Source: Antedon mediterranea
Taxonomy: Eukaryota > Animalia > Echinodermata
DNA length: 64,000 nt
Assembly: GCF_964355755.1 (NCBI RefSeq)
Contig: NC_092676.1
Coordinates: 13,968,871 to 14,032,870 of the forward strand
Direction of reading: 5' to 3'
In this document: positions 48,657 through 62,085 of the stretch, in pieces
Position numbering within the stretch: position 1 is the stretch's first letter
Layout of the letters: every line of letters starts with the position of its first letter
Position numbers and translations under genes: made by a program
The notes under the pieces: model-generated
Databases searched by the model: none
What the model was told of the DNA's origin: nothing
Seen by the model: only the letters and a program-made list of their open reading frames with translations

Positions 48657-50074
48657 ATCATCTGAATGGCTTGTCATCGGTTCTACCTGCACTTAATTTG
48701 GGCTGCTTCGTTGGCCCCTTCGTTGCCAACTGTGTTGGCCCTTTCAGAGCATCCCAATGTTCCTTTTTTATGTTTTCCTTTTACGTGCATGCTGCAACGA
48801 TGACTTGCCATTCATATTAAATAACTTTACAACCAATACTTGTTTCCTTGTTTTTGTTTATCGGGCTCACATGTGTCAAAATCACGTGATTGCGGGGCCC
48901 CCTCGCAATCATCTTTTGACAGCGTGAGCATCTCATCCTCTTCACCTCACGCTGTCAACAGATTACCACGCCAGTTTTTGGCTAAGTAAAATAATTTTCA
49001 CTTCCCTCCCTCCACTCCCTCTTTATTTTGTTTTCAATTACGATTTTGAGACATGTGTTTTGGCCCTTTCAGAGCATCCCAATGTTCCTTTTTTATGTTT
49101 TCCTTTTACGTGCATGCTGCAACGATGACTTGCCATTCATATTAAATAACTTTACAACCAATACTTGTTTCCTTGTTTTTGTTTATCGGGCTCACATGTG
49201 TCAAAATATATTCTTTCGAATAAAATATCATTTCCTCGGGGATGTCAAATCTTATATTTAACCTCTAAGCAGTCAATATCTGTATAATATATACTGTTAT
49301 AGATGTACATCGTACTTCAGTATGTATAAGAACAAATCAGTTATGTAAGAAAACACAGATCAGAGGGATCAAGCTTGACAATGGGTCCTCATGAATCTCA
49401 ATATTTATTTATATAGTATATTATTATTATTATTATTATTTATTGCCAAAAACCAGTTACAAACATACAAAAACACAGAAACTAAGGAAGTAGGCAGGAA
49501 CCTAAAAGTGAACCAAATCACTATAACAAGAGTTCAGGACTTCAGGTTCCGTACTCCCAAAGTAACAACAATGATATATAAAAAAAACTATCTATTAAAA
49601 TTTATATTACAAATAGACGAATCAACATTGTCAAAATAAAACAAAAGGATAAAATACTTAAAATCGATTCAACAAAGTCAATAAAGTCAATATAATACAT
49701 GTGATTCATCTCCGATGAACCAATGTTCTAAAAGATCATCAGTAAACTACAATACAAAAATATTTATAGTAGTACAGCAATGAAGCAATAATCCCTTTAT
49801 AATACCCCTTTACAAAAAGAAAAGATACTGATTTTGTTTGTTCACTTGTTTATATAAATAAAACGTATGATTATTTGTTATTCCTTTTTATTTGAAGAAA
49901 TATTATTCTTAACGAGTCGTCTCAATTGTTTTGTATTGCCATCAAAATTGTAGGAGGTATAATGAGCAGATTACTAGGGTGTCTCTTCATGCGTGAGGGC
50001 GAAATTTCGATTAATCAACAACATTTACACGGAGGGAAATTGTAAAGGGTTAAAAAAATGATCTCAATCAATTG

Positions 50075-50400
50075 GCTAGTTCCAAGTCGATGTTCTATTC
50101 TATGTTTTTTTGGGCGCGCACACGATACCACAAGGTCATGGTCATATTATTATACCATTGTGGTGTTTGGTTGTTCTCGTTGGTTTACTATATATGTACG
50201 TATAGTCTCAAATCGATGTTTTATGTTGTGCGCGTACACGACACTAAAAGGTCATGTATACCATTGCTACTTGTGGTGTGGTGTGTGGTTGTTAAATCGT
50301 TGGCTTACTGTTATGTACGTCTAGTTCCAAGTTGATGTTCGATGTTTTTGCGCGCGTACACGATACTACAAGGTCATGGTTAGTATCGTGTACTATTAGT
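50075..50400 (+). repeat. Degenerate ~120-bp tandem repeat x3
   Basis: TAGTTCCAAGTCGATGTT...GCGCGTACACGATACTACAAGGTCATG recurs three times. Confidence 0.7.
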
Positions 50401-51580
50401 TGGGGAGCCAGAAAGAGTTCACCTGCACCCTCTAGCAAACTATGTTAACAATGTTTTTTTGCTTCCTTATATCAATACAAATCAATTTTTTGCTGCAGCA
50501 AAAAATTGATTTGTATTGCCCCATATATGTTTGCCCTAATGAACATATGGGCCCTTTATGGGAACCTTCATGATTGCACATGGGCGACACAAGGGCCCTG
50601 TATCGGAAATGCATGGGCCAAAATATGGGCCCCATATAGAGTGGCCCATATGGGAAAGAGCATGCTTGATCCTGAAGGGCCCCATATATGTTTGCCCGAA
50701 TTATCTGGCGGGACATCTATGGGAACCTTATGGGTTCCTCATGGGCTACATGTGGGCCCTGTATTGGATATATATGGGCCAAAATGAGGGTCTGGGCCCT
50801 GAATCCGAAATATGGGCCAAACTGTGGGTCAGTATTTTCCCCTAATGTACCCGTGTGGGTTAAACACAGTCACTTTATGGACGGGCCGGCTACAAATGGC
50901 TCTAGAAAGTGTAAATTATTGACCCATAAAGGGACTCTTGTCTGTCACTGTCGTCTGCGTTATGGTTAAATGGTCTCGTTTTAAACATCGTGGTCAATTG
51001 TAAATATCCTACCTATAATTTCAAGCGACAAAATTCAAGACATTTTACTATACAGATTAAAAACAAGTTCAAGAATTTATTGTAATTATTAAAAAAAAAT
51101 AGGCTGCTAAAATGATCAATTAGACTATAGGCCTATCTCTTGCTCTTCTGGATTTCGCCATTTGTTGCGTCCTCCATCTCTATCCTGGGCGTTTGTTAGA
51201 AACTTAACAATGACGGCCTTCACTTCACTCTTTGTCGCCTCTTTTGTTTGTCGTTCCAAACAGCGGCTAAAAAAAAACATCCTAGATTATTTATCACTAG
51301 CAAGTCAATTATTTTTTCAATTCACATGTTATAATTGTTCGAACACTGAATATAAAAAAGGTTTGTTTTTGCGCGCGTACACGATACTACAAGGTCATGG
51401 TTAGTATCGTGTACTATTAGTTGGGGAGCCAGAAAGAGTTCACCTGCACCCTCTAGCAAACTATGTTAACAATGTTTTTTTGCTTCCTTATATCAATACA
51501 AATCAATATTTTGCTGCAGCAAAAAATTGATTTGTATTGCCCCATATATGTTTGCCCTAATGAACATATGGGCCCTTTAT

Positions 51581-53734
51581 TGATTTGATTTATCAAGTAA
51601 AGTACGACTATATGTCACCACTTTGAGTGAACTTCTTGACAAACACGCACCACCGAAAAAGAGAACAGTAAAGGTCCGACCAAACACTAGTTGGTATAAC
51701 AGTGACATCTATGCTGAGAAAAGAACAAAGCGTAAGCTTGAAAAGAAATGGAGAATCTCTCATCTGGAAATAGATCGTCAAGCTTACATTGCACAGAAGA
51801 GGAATGTAAATTCCATGGTAAGAAAGGCAAAGGCCAACTACTACATTGGCTTGTGTGAAGAACATGCAGCAGATCAGAAAGGACTTTTTAAAATTGTTAA
51901 CCAACTCCTTCATCATCGCCAGGTATCACCTCTCCCAGATAGTCTTTCTGACTTAGATCTTGCGAACAGGTTCTGTCAGTTTTTCACAGACAAGATCAAG
52001 ATCATCAGAGACGACTTCAAGATTGATGACATGTCATTTAATGAGCCTGTGACAGCTGTTCATCAGCATCTCACAACATTTACACCAGCATCTCAAGATG
52101 AGATCCGCAACATTCTGATGAAATCACCAACAAAATCATGCAGGTTAGATCCAGTTCCTACTTCTATACTAAAGAAGTGTATAGACGCAGTCGTTCCAAT
52201 AATAACGGAAATCATTAACCATTCTCTTAATACCGGCATAGTGCCAGATGAACTGAAAATTGCTCACGTTCGTCCTTTAATAAAAAAGCAAAACTTGGAT
52301 CATAACACGCTGAAAAATTACCGCCCGGTGTCGAATCTTTCTTTTCTTGGAAAGACTCTGGAGCGTGTAGTGACATCACGCATTACTCCATATCTTCAAA
52401 AGCATAATTTAAATGAGAATTACCAGTCGGCATATCGTGCATGTCATAGCACGGAGAGTTCCCTTTTAAAGGTACAGAATGATTTGTTACAAGGAATGAA
52501 TGATGGGAAAATAACGCTATTGGTGTTGTTGGATTTGTCAGCAGCGTTTGATACAGTTGATCACCAAAGACTGATAACCCGTCTGAGAAATCGCATTGGC
52601 ATAAATGGTGTTGCTCTTAACTGGTTCCAGTCATATCTTACAGGAAGACGTCAGCTAGTCTGTATCAATGATGCATTCTCAGATGAAGCTTGCCTGGAAT
52701 ATGGTGTACCACAGGGGTCAGTAATTGGGCCTGGCCAGTTTTCCATTTATACGCTTCCCCTTGGTGACATTATTCGCAAACACAGTCTACATTTCCATTT
52801 CTATGCAGATGATACACAGATTTATGTGTCAGTAAATCCAGTGCAAAGAGATGTTGCTGCAGCAATCAGTAAGATGGAAGCCTGTGTAGAAGATGTTCGC
52901 AATTGGATGACAACAAATTACCTAAAGTTGAATGATGGAAAGACAGAGTTTATTATCGTCGGGTCTAAATGTAACATCTCCAAAATCAACATCACACATA
53001 TCAGAATCGGAAACTCTAACATCGCTCCCTCATCGGTGGTCCGGAATCTGGGAATCATGCTGGATAGTAATCTCACTATGGAAGCACAAATAACAACTGT
53101 ATCCAAAGCAGCATGCATATCGATTAGGAACCTTGGTCGTATTCGCGGTAATCTTAACAAGAAAACAGCTGAATTGATTGTACACTCATTTGTCACTTCT
53201 AAAATTGACATTGGTAATGCCTTGTTGTTTGGCATACCAAAATCTCAAATACAACGTTTGCAGCGCTTGCAAAATATGGCAGCTAGAATTGTAACTTATA
53301 CAAAATCAAACGCTCACATAACTCCTGTCCTGATGGATTTGCATTGGTTGCCTGTTCAACAACGTATTAAGTACAAACTTGCGTTGTTTGTATTCAAGAT
53401 CCTAAATGACAGTGCTCCTGCTTATTTATCTGACCTTGTGGATCGTTACGAATCATCCCGCAGAGGCCTACGATCATTGTCACAAAACCTTCTTCAAGAG
53501 CGTAGAGCGAAAAATCAGTGGGGTCAGAGATCTTTTTACGTTGCGGCCGCAAGTGTATGGAACAGCTTACCAGCAACAGTTAAATGCTCAACTAGTCTAA
53601 ACAGTTTCAAGACCAACCTAAAGACGTCGCTATTCGCTGATGTTCTCGCACGTTGTTAATGCACAAAGCGCCATGAGCGCCACATGGGTGGAGGATACCG
53701 GCGCTATATAAGTTTTCATTTATTATTATTATTA
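51581..53734 (+). mobile_element. 5'-truncated L2-clade LINE
   Basis: Interrupts the duplicate copy at TTTAT (5-bp duplication); 3' AAAGCGCCATGAGCG...GGCGCTATATAAG plus (TTA)n tail. Confidence 0.95.
51623..53659 (+). CDS. L2 ORF2 reverse transcriptase (endonuclease lost by truncation)
   Basis: NYRPVSNLSFLGKTLE, QSAYRACHSTE, LLDLSAAFDTVDH, GVPQGSVIGP, FYADDTQIY, LHWLPV; uninterrupted to the stop. Confidence 0.95.
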   Translation: MSELLDKHAPPKKRTVKVRPNTSWYNSDIYAEKRTKRKLEKKWRISHLEIDRQAYIAQKRNVNSMVRKAKANYYIGLCEEHAADQKGLFKIVNQLLHHRQVSPLPDSLSDLDLANRFCQFFTDKIKIIRDDFKIDDMSFNEPVTAVHQHLTTFTPASQDEIRNILMKSPTKSCRLDPVPTSILKKCIDAVVPIITEIINHSLNTGIVPDELKIAHVRPLIKKQNLDHNTLKNYRPVSNLSFLGKTLERVVTSRITPYLQKHNLNENYQSAYRACHSTESSLLKVQNDLLQGMNDGKITLLVLLDLSAAFDTVDHQRLITRLRNRIGINGVALNWFQSYLTGRRQLVCINDAFSDEACLEYGVPQGSVIGPGQFSIYTLPLGDIIRKHSLHFHFYADDTQIYVSVNPVQRDVAAAISKMEACVEDVRNWMTTNYLKLNDGKTEFIIVGSKCNISKINITHIRIGNSNIAPSSVVRNLGIMLDSNLTMEAQITTVSKAACISIRNLGRIRGNLNKKTAELIVHSFVTSKIDIGNALLFGIPKSQIQRLQRLQNMAARIVTYTKSNAHITPVLMDLHWLPVQQRIKYKLALFVFKILNDSAPAYLSDLVDRYESSRRGLRSLSQNLLQERRAKNQWGQRSFYVAAASVWNSLPATVKCSTSLNSFKTNLKTSLFADVLARC

Positions 53735-54305
53735 TTTATGGGAACCTTCATGATTGCACATGGGCGACACAAGGGCCCTGTATCGGAAATGCATGGGCCA
53801 AAATATGGGCCCCATATAGAGTGACCCATATGGGAAAGAGCATACTTGATCCTGAAGGGCCCCATATATGTTTGCCCGAATTATCTGGCGGGACATCTAT
53901 GGGAACCTTATGGGTTCCTCATGGGCTACATATGGGCCCTGTATTGGATATATATGGGCCAAAATGAGGGTCTGGGCCCTGAATCCGAAATATGGGCCAA
54001 ACTGTGGGTCAGTATTTTCCCCTAATGTACCCGTGTGGGTTAAACACAGTCACTTTATGGACGGGCCGGCTACACATGGCTCTAGAAAGTGTAAATTATT
54101 GACCCATAAAGGGACTCTTGTCTGTCACTGTCGTCTGCGTTATGGTTAAATGGTCTTGTTTTAAACATCGTGGTCAATTGTAAATATCCTACCTATAATT
54201 TCAAGCGACAAAATTCAAGACATTTTACTATACAGATTAAAAACAAGTTCAAGAATTTATTGTAATTATTAAAAAAAAAATAGGCTGCTAAAATGATCAA
54301 TTAGA

Positions 54306-55269
54306 CTATAGGCCTATCTCTTGCTCTTCTGGATTTCGCCATTTGTTGCGTCCTCCATCTCTATCCTGGGCGTTTGTTAGAAACTTAACAATGACGGCCT
54401 TCACTTCACTCTTTGTCGCCTCTTTTGTTTGTCGTTCCAAACAGCGGCTAAAAAAAAACATCCTAGATTATTTATCACTAGCAAGTCAATTATTTTTTCA
54501 ATTCACATGTTATAATTGTTCGAACACTGAATATAAAAAAGGTTTCTTCACAAAATCTTCCAATTCCCCGATGGTAGTCCAAATGTCTTGTGTTTTGAAT
54601 CAATTATTGGCCTTTTTAGTTTTCAAATCTAATAACAGATATCCGATATCCATACATAATTAAAACATTGTAGGCCTACATTATTTAAAAGAAAAAAGAA
54701 ATTTAAATTGAATGGGAATTGATTAATGCAATATAATAACCTTTTAGTCCTTTTTGTGCCTATGTCATCTTCAGTATCAAGGGATGATGTATCTTCGGCA
54801 TTTCTTTCCTTAAGTATTATACCTTCCCATGTGTCTGGTAAAAAGTAAACAAATTTTAATTTAGTCCTATGTAAAATAATCAGGATAATATAATACCAGA
54901 AAATGATCAGCTTTTATGCCAAGGATTATTTACACTGTAATGAAAATTTTATGCTGAATAAATATGTTGGAAATTTAAAATAAAAACAAATACATAAAAC
55001 CACATTCTCACAGATATTAAAATATTGTAGGTACTTACTAGCTGATGCTAGTAACCGTACATCTTCATACAGTTCCCACGACTGTTTGTTAACATTTGAC
55101 TTGTCTCTAGCCATCTTTTTTACTTTGTTGGCTGGCTGCGCGCTGATGAGGCCACCGACAATTGTAAATAATTTCACCGTTCATTTTGAGTTTTCTCTCA
55201 ATCCACGTGGAAGAGACTACTGCCAGCCACACCATCAGAAAATTCGACCACCGAATAATCCTTAGTCAT
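54306..55269 (-). pseudogene. DUF4806-type transposon accessory gene, spliced, frameshifted and internally deleted
   Basis: MTKDYSVVEFSDG..AVVSSTWI...CRWP...WELYEDVRLLASAS | TWEGIILKERNAEDTSSLDTEDD | last exon EATKSEVKAVIVKFLTNAQDRDGGRNKWR; last exon duplicated at ~51126-51267. Confidence 0.7.
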
Positions 55270-55920
55270 TGTGTTTCTAAAATGAAAAAACAAAATTTTA
55301 TATAGACTGTACAGTGTTTTGTTAGTCAAAAAGAACCATAAGATTTTGTTAACACTCTATTCTATACACATTTCATTAATCTTTAAAAAAAATGTACTTA
55401 CTATACTATATAATAATAATAATTAAATTAAATTATTTGCAATGTTGTTTATTAAATTTTATTCAAAATATAATTGTTGGTAAAATAAATTTAATATTGC
55501 TGTTTTTTGACTCATTTATTTCACATCTGGGCATGGCTAGGCCTAGCCTAGCTAGGCCTGCTATTTCATCGACGATCGATTGCGCAATCACTCGCGCGTA
55601 ATTCCAGGACTTGCTTGGGCCATGGAGGTATAAAATATTTTTATACCTCCATTCTTGGGCAGCGTATGCCGAGGATTGGCACACACATGCCGAGGTTTGG
55701 TACATAGGCTAAATAAAAAACACATTTTTTATTATTGTTTGTTAATTATAAATATTTATTTGATAATTCACACTGTATTTACTATACTTATATAAATACT
55801 AAAAACTCTACCAAAAAATATTTTGTGATGCTTTTAAAAAATACACGTAAATAACGAATTTCCCTGTAACCTGCCGAGGTCTGGTAGGCTACATCTACCC
55901 TATACTAGGCCTAGTCTAGT

Positions 55921-56945
55921 GGGTGTCACAAAACCTAAGACCACGAAAGCTAAGATCCCCTAAGACCTAAGATCACGAAAGCTAAGACCCAAGATCTAAG
56001 ATTACAAATATTTATCTTTCGCACCTGCCTTGTATTTTAACTCCCAACATTTATTCTGAATACCACACCTTAGAATTGGCACTTTAATGAAAAAGAATCA
56101 CATAAAAAGTAACAAATACATTTTTAAATTGATGATTTTACAAACGTTTTTCTCGCACACAAAATGACTAGCCTACAGTACACTAGTAGCAGTATACTGT
56201 AATGTAACTCCTCGAGCTCCCCATGCTCAATGTTGTTGTTTCTATGGAACGTCAAAAGAGCAAAAATTATATAGAGGGCTGAAAACTCTGTTGGAGTCCA
56301 TCTACAGTGTGGATGGAACAATGTAAAATTAAAATTGTAATGATAATAGTATAATCATGCAAGTACGAAGAAATAAATACTGGCAAATAAATTTTAACTT
56401 AAAAATCATGATAAGTTTTTTTGTTTCGTTTTCTTTCTGTTTTTATACTTGTACTATTATTGTTGCTCTTTTGGCGCTCCATAGAAACAAAAACATTGAG
56501 CATGGGGAGCGGAGTTACATTACAGTATACAAAGAAACGTCTGTAAAATCATAAATTTAAAGGATTTATTTATTTGTTATTATGTGTTTCTCCTTCTGAA
56601 AGTACTTATAAGTCCTAATTTTAAAGTGTGGTATTCAGGATAAAGTTAGTCAACAAATTTGGAGCCAAATACAAGAAAGGCAGGTGCGTAAGAAAAACAT
56701 CCTCTGAACCAACACATTGGAGTAAATATATACCAACAAACAACCCGTCAAGTTTGTTTGTTGTAAAGAAAAAATATACATTTACTCAACGGGCGAAAAT
56801 AATGTGAGTTTATCTATGTTTTGCGGTAGTATTAAATTATATTTATGGTAATAAATGAAACCTACTGTGTTTAAAATTATGTATGGATAAACAAGTATTG
56901 TTTTTAAGCTGTAGTATATCTTAGAATTTGTAATCTTAAGTTTTT
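55921..56945. mobile_element. MITE-like element with CTAAGA subterminal repeats and a nested diverged foldback (~56016-56692)
   Basis: GGGTGTCACAAAACCTAAGACC followed by repeated CTAAGA; 56016-56265 is inverted relative to 56462-56692. Confidence 0.55.
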
Positions 56946-59374
56946 AGAATATATATTTTTTTGTTAGTAAACATTAACAAAATTATTAAATTGTTGGATA
57001 AATTTAGTTCAGGCAGGCGTTTCTGCGCAATCCGATCTAGGGCCTAGATAGTAGTAGGCCTAGCTTGGCATATTTAATGCCGAATACTAGGCCTAGTTTA
57101 GTTAGTATGATTAATAAAAAAAAAGTCTGGGAGGATGAATGATATTGATTGGCGGCTTGATAGATGGATCAAACAATTGGCTTGGATGGATGGAAGATTA
57201 AGAAAAAAACTGAAGCTGTTCGGGAATTAGGAGTTTTTAATAAAAATGTACAAGACAAACCAAAACACTGAGGATGTTATTGTTATTAGTTAATTAATGT
57301 AAACATTTTTGAATACTTACTAGTCCATTGGCATTATTTCTGGATATTATATTTACAACTGAACAATCTAGGTTTTCACACATAAATTACAAATAGTATA
57401 TTGACTTTTGTTTTGAATTTAAAAATGTATATTATTTTAAAATACTATAATAAGTAATCAAATGATTATGTAACAGTTCGAAAAGTGACCAAATAATTTA
57501 ATGATATATTTTTCCCTATTTCAGAAAGATATAAGTCTGTCATCATACTGTATAATTACTATTGAGAAGATAGATGATTGAGTGCACAGTGGTATTTTAC
57601 ACAAGAATTAAATACAAAGGCCAGAACTGATGGACAATTATATTTTAATAGTAATAATAGTTTATATTTTTGATTCTTGAAAAGGAGCAGTAGGCCTATC
57701 CTATGGGATTACAAATAAAATCACTATTTTCACACACCTCATACTTTAAAGTGAAAGAAAATAAACAGAATTCAGTTATTATACTGTTGTTTAGGGCTAT
57801 TGGCTTCTTTTGTAATACAAGAAATCAAAATAATAGAATTTTCCTTGTATTTAAGAAGGCTAAAACCATACATTCGTAATTTATTTATTGAGTGTATTTA
57901 ATTATTCCATATCATTTATTAATACTGTATAAACAACTTATATAAGTTAGATTTTTCAGTATTTTTATTGCATTTTAATCCTGTCTGTAATATTGAAAGT
58001 TGAGCTAATAAAAGTGGGTTGAAAAGAACAAATTATGATTACGAATTGTTAAAATTAATATTTAATACTTTTACTTTTTTGAAATAAAAAAAATGTAACA
58101 ATTGTTTTTGTATCTAGTAATGTATGTACAGTATACTACAGTTGTGGCAGATCGGAGTAAAATTCCCCTTGCAATGAAATAACCTTGTAGGCCTGAAGCA
58201 CACAAAATAGAAAGAGAGGGTCCGAACAGGGAAAGAACATCCCCCTGCCCCATTAATTTTAAAAAAATAATTAAAAAGACAGTTTTGGACAATATATTTG
58301 GCAATTATTACAATTCATCTCCAAAAAATGCTTCTCTCGCACATAAACTGTGCCATCATCCCAGCGTAGGCCAAACGCGGCCGACCTTGGGCGTGAAGTG
58401 CGTAGCATCGCGCTGCGCCCCGCGACACTATTTATAACTATGCCTCAACCTACTGCCTACAAAATTCGTCCTCCATACAGTCAGTGTTTATTCTGTAGCC
58501 GTTTGAGGTTGGACAGTGATATACGCATATGTAAGTGTAATATCAAATGGAGTAAATTTATATAATCGAAATTTATATAGCTGTTCTTTCATTTTGACGC
58601 GAAAGATAAAATAAAGTCGTACTGTTTATCGCGTAGATGTAAATCCTATTTGTTTACATTGATTTGGTGGCGTGCCGCATTGCCTACTGGGTAATCCGCT
58701 TGCCGGAATGGCTGCCCATGCAATTATCATTTTTCGAGCGTCAGTTCCATATCTTGCGCCACTACGTGGCGCTATACGATTTTTGATGAATACCGTCGTG
58801 TTCGGCCGCCAACGAGTTCGGCCGCATGTATTTAGTATGGAACGCCAGGCTTGCTTGCATTGTTTATATTGAATCAAAGAATATATATCACAAGAATGAG
58901 TATTCCGCGATTTTTGCATGAGAAATTTGTAACAGAGAGCTCCAGTCAGAGCCATTAATAAAGAGTTACGACATTGAAAATTAGAAGCCATTTTTGTGTC
59001 AAAGAATTCGCACGCTGAGGGCGCGCGCGTCTCTTTTGTATAGCGTTTTCCTATAGTTCATGCACTATTTTTAGATTTTGTTGTCTATGAAATAACGCTT
59101 AGATTCCGTTTTTAATTTAGTAATTAATTTTATTAACGGTATTGATTTGTTAAAATATATATATATTTTTTATAATAACAAAAAAATAAATGCTAAGGGC
59201 CTACATGGAAGTTAGGATACATCAAAGAATGAACCAATACAAAAAACACACAAATTCACCTCTCTTTTTATGCAGTATATGGCTTTCTGTGTGTTTTTTA
59301 CACAAACTGCGCCGCCAACGTTATTACCATTCAGAGACTCGTTCATCATTTCATTTGTAATAATTTGACTTTAT

Positions 59375-59498
59375 TATTACTTGGCAAAAAGAATTTTGCC
59401 AAATTCACTTTGTTTGTATGTATGTTTGTATGTATGTTTGTATATTATGTTTGTTACTTGGCCAAATTGAAAATTGGCCAAGTATGTTGATTGGTGCG

Positions 59499-59533
<35 letters not shown>

Positions 59534-61028
59534 TTTGTTTGTCATCACTCTAGCGCTCACAATTTTGATTCGAATGACTCCAAATTACTACCATACATGT
59601 CACCTGGTGCAAGGACGACACTGCCCAATTTTGGTTAAAATCCGGACCACGGTCCCAATTCTGGACCACTTTTAAAAATTATTTTCAGACCTGCTAGTGT
59701 TAAAAGATAGGACAGAATTATCAAAAGCCGGTGAGCAGTCTTAAATTAACAAGAAAACTTAAATTGCATTTTCTCGGGAACTACTTGTCCAAAAAACTTC
59801 ATTTTTGTACAAGAGGCAAGAGTTATAATTTGTGATTTGTAATTTTAAAACTGAATTAGATTTAATATATAGGTTTTTTAATGCGAGTAGTTTACAAAAC
59901 CTATTTCTTTTCAAATTCACCCGTGTGTTTTTCGCGTTGCTGTTCTATTGTTAGCCGACTGAAGCTATTGTTCGTTGAATTAGCCTAAATCACACAGCAT
60001 AAGACACACACTTTTGGTGCAAATTGGGTCAATGTCAGGAGGCCAATTTTGATTTGGCAAAGTATCGCGCTATGCGCGAAGGCTAGTTTGTTTGTTAGCA
60101 CGATAGCGCCTACAGTTTTCAAGTTATCATTCTGAATTTTTGGGTGTAGATAGGTATATAGTTTCAGACCATGCCTATTGAAAATCAACAAAATTGGTTT
60201 ATTGATAACTTCACAAATAATAAAAATGATATTATTTTCAGACCGGCTAGTGTTAAAAGATAGGAGACAATTTTCAAAAGCCGGTGAGCAGTTTTAAAGT
60301 AACACGTAAACTGAAATTACATTTTCTCGAGAACTACGTGTCCAAAAAACATCATTTTTCGACAAGAGGCAAGGGTTATAATTTGTGATTTGTAATTTTA
60401 AAACAAAAGTTGATTCAATGTACCCGCTTTTTCATACGAGTAGTTTTAAAAAACCTATTTCTTTTCAAATTCACCCGTTTGTTTTTGGCGTTGCTGTTCT
60501 GTTGTTATTCAAATTAAACTATTGTTAGTTGATAATTAGTTTTGTTGGTACCAGTGTGTCCTTCCTTATTTCTGTACATAGGTATATACTTACAGAACAT
60601 GCCTATTGATTTTCAGGTAAATTGATATATTGTTTGTCACAAAAGTTTATCTTCCGTACGATATATTAAATAGCACGCATTCTGTCTTCTTTTAGCATGG
60701 ACATATTCTTTGATATGGACCAAAACATTAGTCGACTGGTCAAGCGGTTAAGCTTACTACATGGGTTAAGGCAGAGGCGCCGCAAATCGGCACAGCTTCA
60801 AGACACTCCTCGATCGTTATTCTGGTCAATCTTGATTTTAGAAAGGTCATTGTTGCAATGCCGGAATTGTTTGTATCAAAAAATTATTTAAACAAATTAT
60901 TAACCCCAGCAGGATTTTAACAATGTAAAGCTAATACCTAATGCAAAAAAATGTATCTGTCAACATGCTCCGAGTCAGTGGATTTATCTTTCCAAGTACT
61001 TCACTCAGTTTCTGAGTGCTTTCATTTA
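59375..61028 (+). mobile_element. DINE-1/HINE-like (Helentron-associated) non-autonomous element
   Basis: 5' IR TACTTGGCCAA..TTGGCCAAGTA, (TG)n and TTTG microsatellites, internal repeat 59680-59960 ~ 60232-60510, 3' CCAAGTA plus hairpin CACTCAG-TTT-CTGAGTG. Confidence 0.65.
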
Positions 61029-62085
61029 AATATTGTTCATACCCTTTTCAGTATATTAACAAATATATCCACGACACTTTATTATTTTATTTAGTCATCA
61101 AAGCATGCATTATGAATTGAAAATATTACATAATTGTTATTAATAGGACGTAGTTATGGGATGTTTTGTTCCAAAATCAATCAATCGAACGTTATAATGT
61201 ACTAGCGCACGCGCGCGCAATATTCTTTGGCGCAAGTACTTCTGTACGCTGTGCACATCGATATTTCATCGTAACATGTGCAATTACATTTTTTTTAATA
61301 CAAGAAAAAGTTAAAAGTATTTTGTTGCTCCTATACTTTACATGTATTAATGGAGACAAGTTTGACACATTTTGATCTGCATATCACGTGACTATAATCC
61401 AATGTCGTGACTCTTTATATATATGGCTCTGGCTCCAGTGATTGATGCCCGCCCTCATAAGGGCGGATGTATACATACTAAATAAGACTTGATTTAATAG
61501 ATATTATATACATGTCACATTAAATAGAATTATGATAATAGTTTTTGAAATTGTAAACTATTTTATAATACATATTAATTAACAAACTAGTGTACATTCA
61601 CTTTTACAAACAATTATTTACTATCATGCTAAGTTAGTTCAAAAAAAGGCCTAACACAGCAACACCAAAAATCAACGAATCGTTACTCGCACGGCCTATT
61701 CTTTACCATTGCCGTGTACTACTCTACGCCCGGTAAATTAAGTATTGTTTTTATGATATAAATTAGTATAAAATACATGTTATTAATAGGACAAAATGTT
61801 AAATGTCATTAATATTTATTTGTTTTACCAGAAACAAGTTAAATATAGGAATATTATTAAACTATCCTTCGTGAAAACGCGTAAACACCAACAATATCTT
61901 ACTTCTTTAACATACATTAAAATTGACTTTATTTCTAGCAATAACATGTTATATCACAAAAGTTCTTAACTAACATATTTTGCAAATAGTTTAAAATGTA
62001 ACAATATTATATTTAACGTTTATTACTAACATAAGATTTTTTACTAATTTTTTAACTAATATTTAACTAACATACATACATTACA

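Larger units (their letters stand above)
37419..49205 (+). mobile_element. Ngaro-type tyrosine-recombinase retrotransposon (degenerate) with split direct repeats
   Basis: A1 37419-37541; B1 48735-48880; A2 48881-49003; B2 49060-49205. No TSD. Gag, RT, RNase H and YR remnants in order. Confidence 0.93.
50343..54544 (+). repeat. 1021-bp tandem duplication; second copy interrupted by L2
   Basis: 50343-51363 is nearly identical to 51364-51580 plus 53740-54544. Confidence 0.95.
50428..55290 (-). mobile_element. CMC/EnSpm-like DNA transposon remnant
   Basis: Terminus-like CCCTCTAGCAAAC followed by ~400 bp of ATATGGGCCC-type subterminal repeats in both orientations, linked to a DUF4806-like gene; other end not found. 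Confidence 0.5.

Noticed and set aside
50432-50969. Cluster of Gly/Pro/Trp-rich ORFs (also 53868-54149)
   Set aside because: They arise from GC-richer ATATGGGCCC subterminal repeats; open on both strands, with no motif.
58626-58991. 121-aa minus-strand ORF near a CpG-rich patch
   Set aside because: No recognisable domain or splice partners; cannot be supported without expression data.
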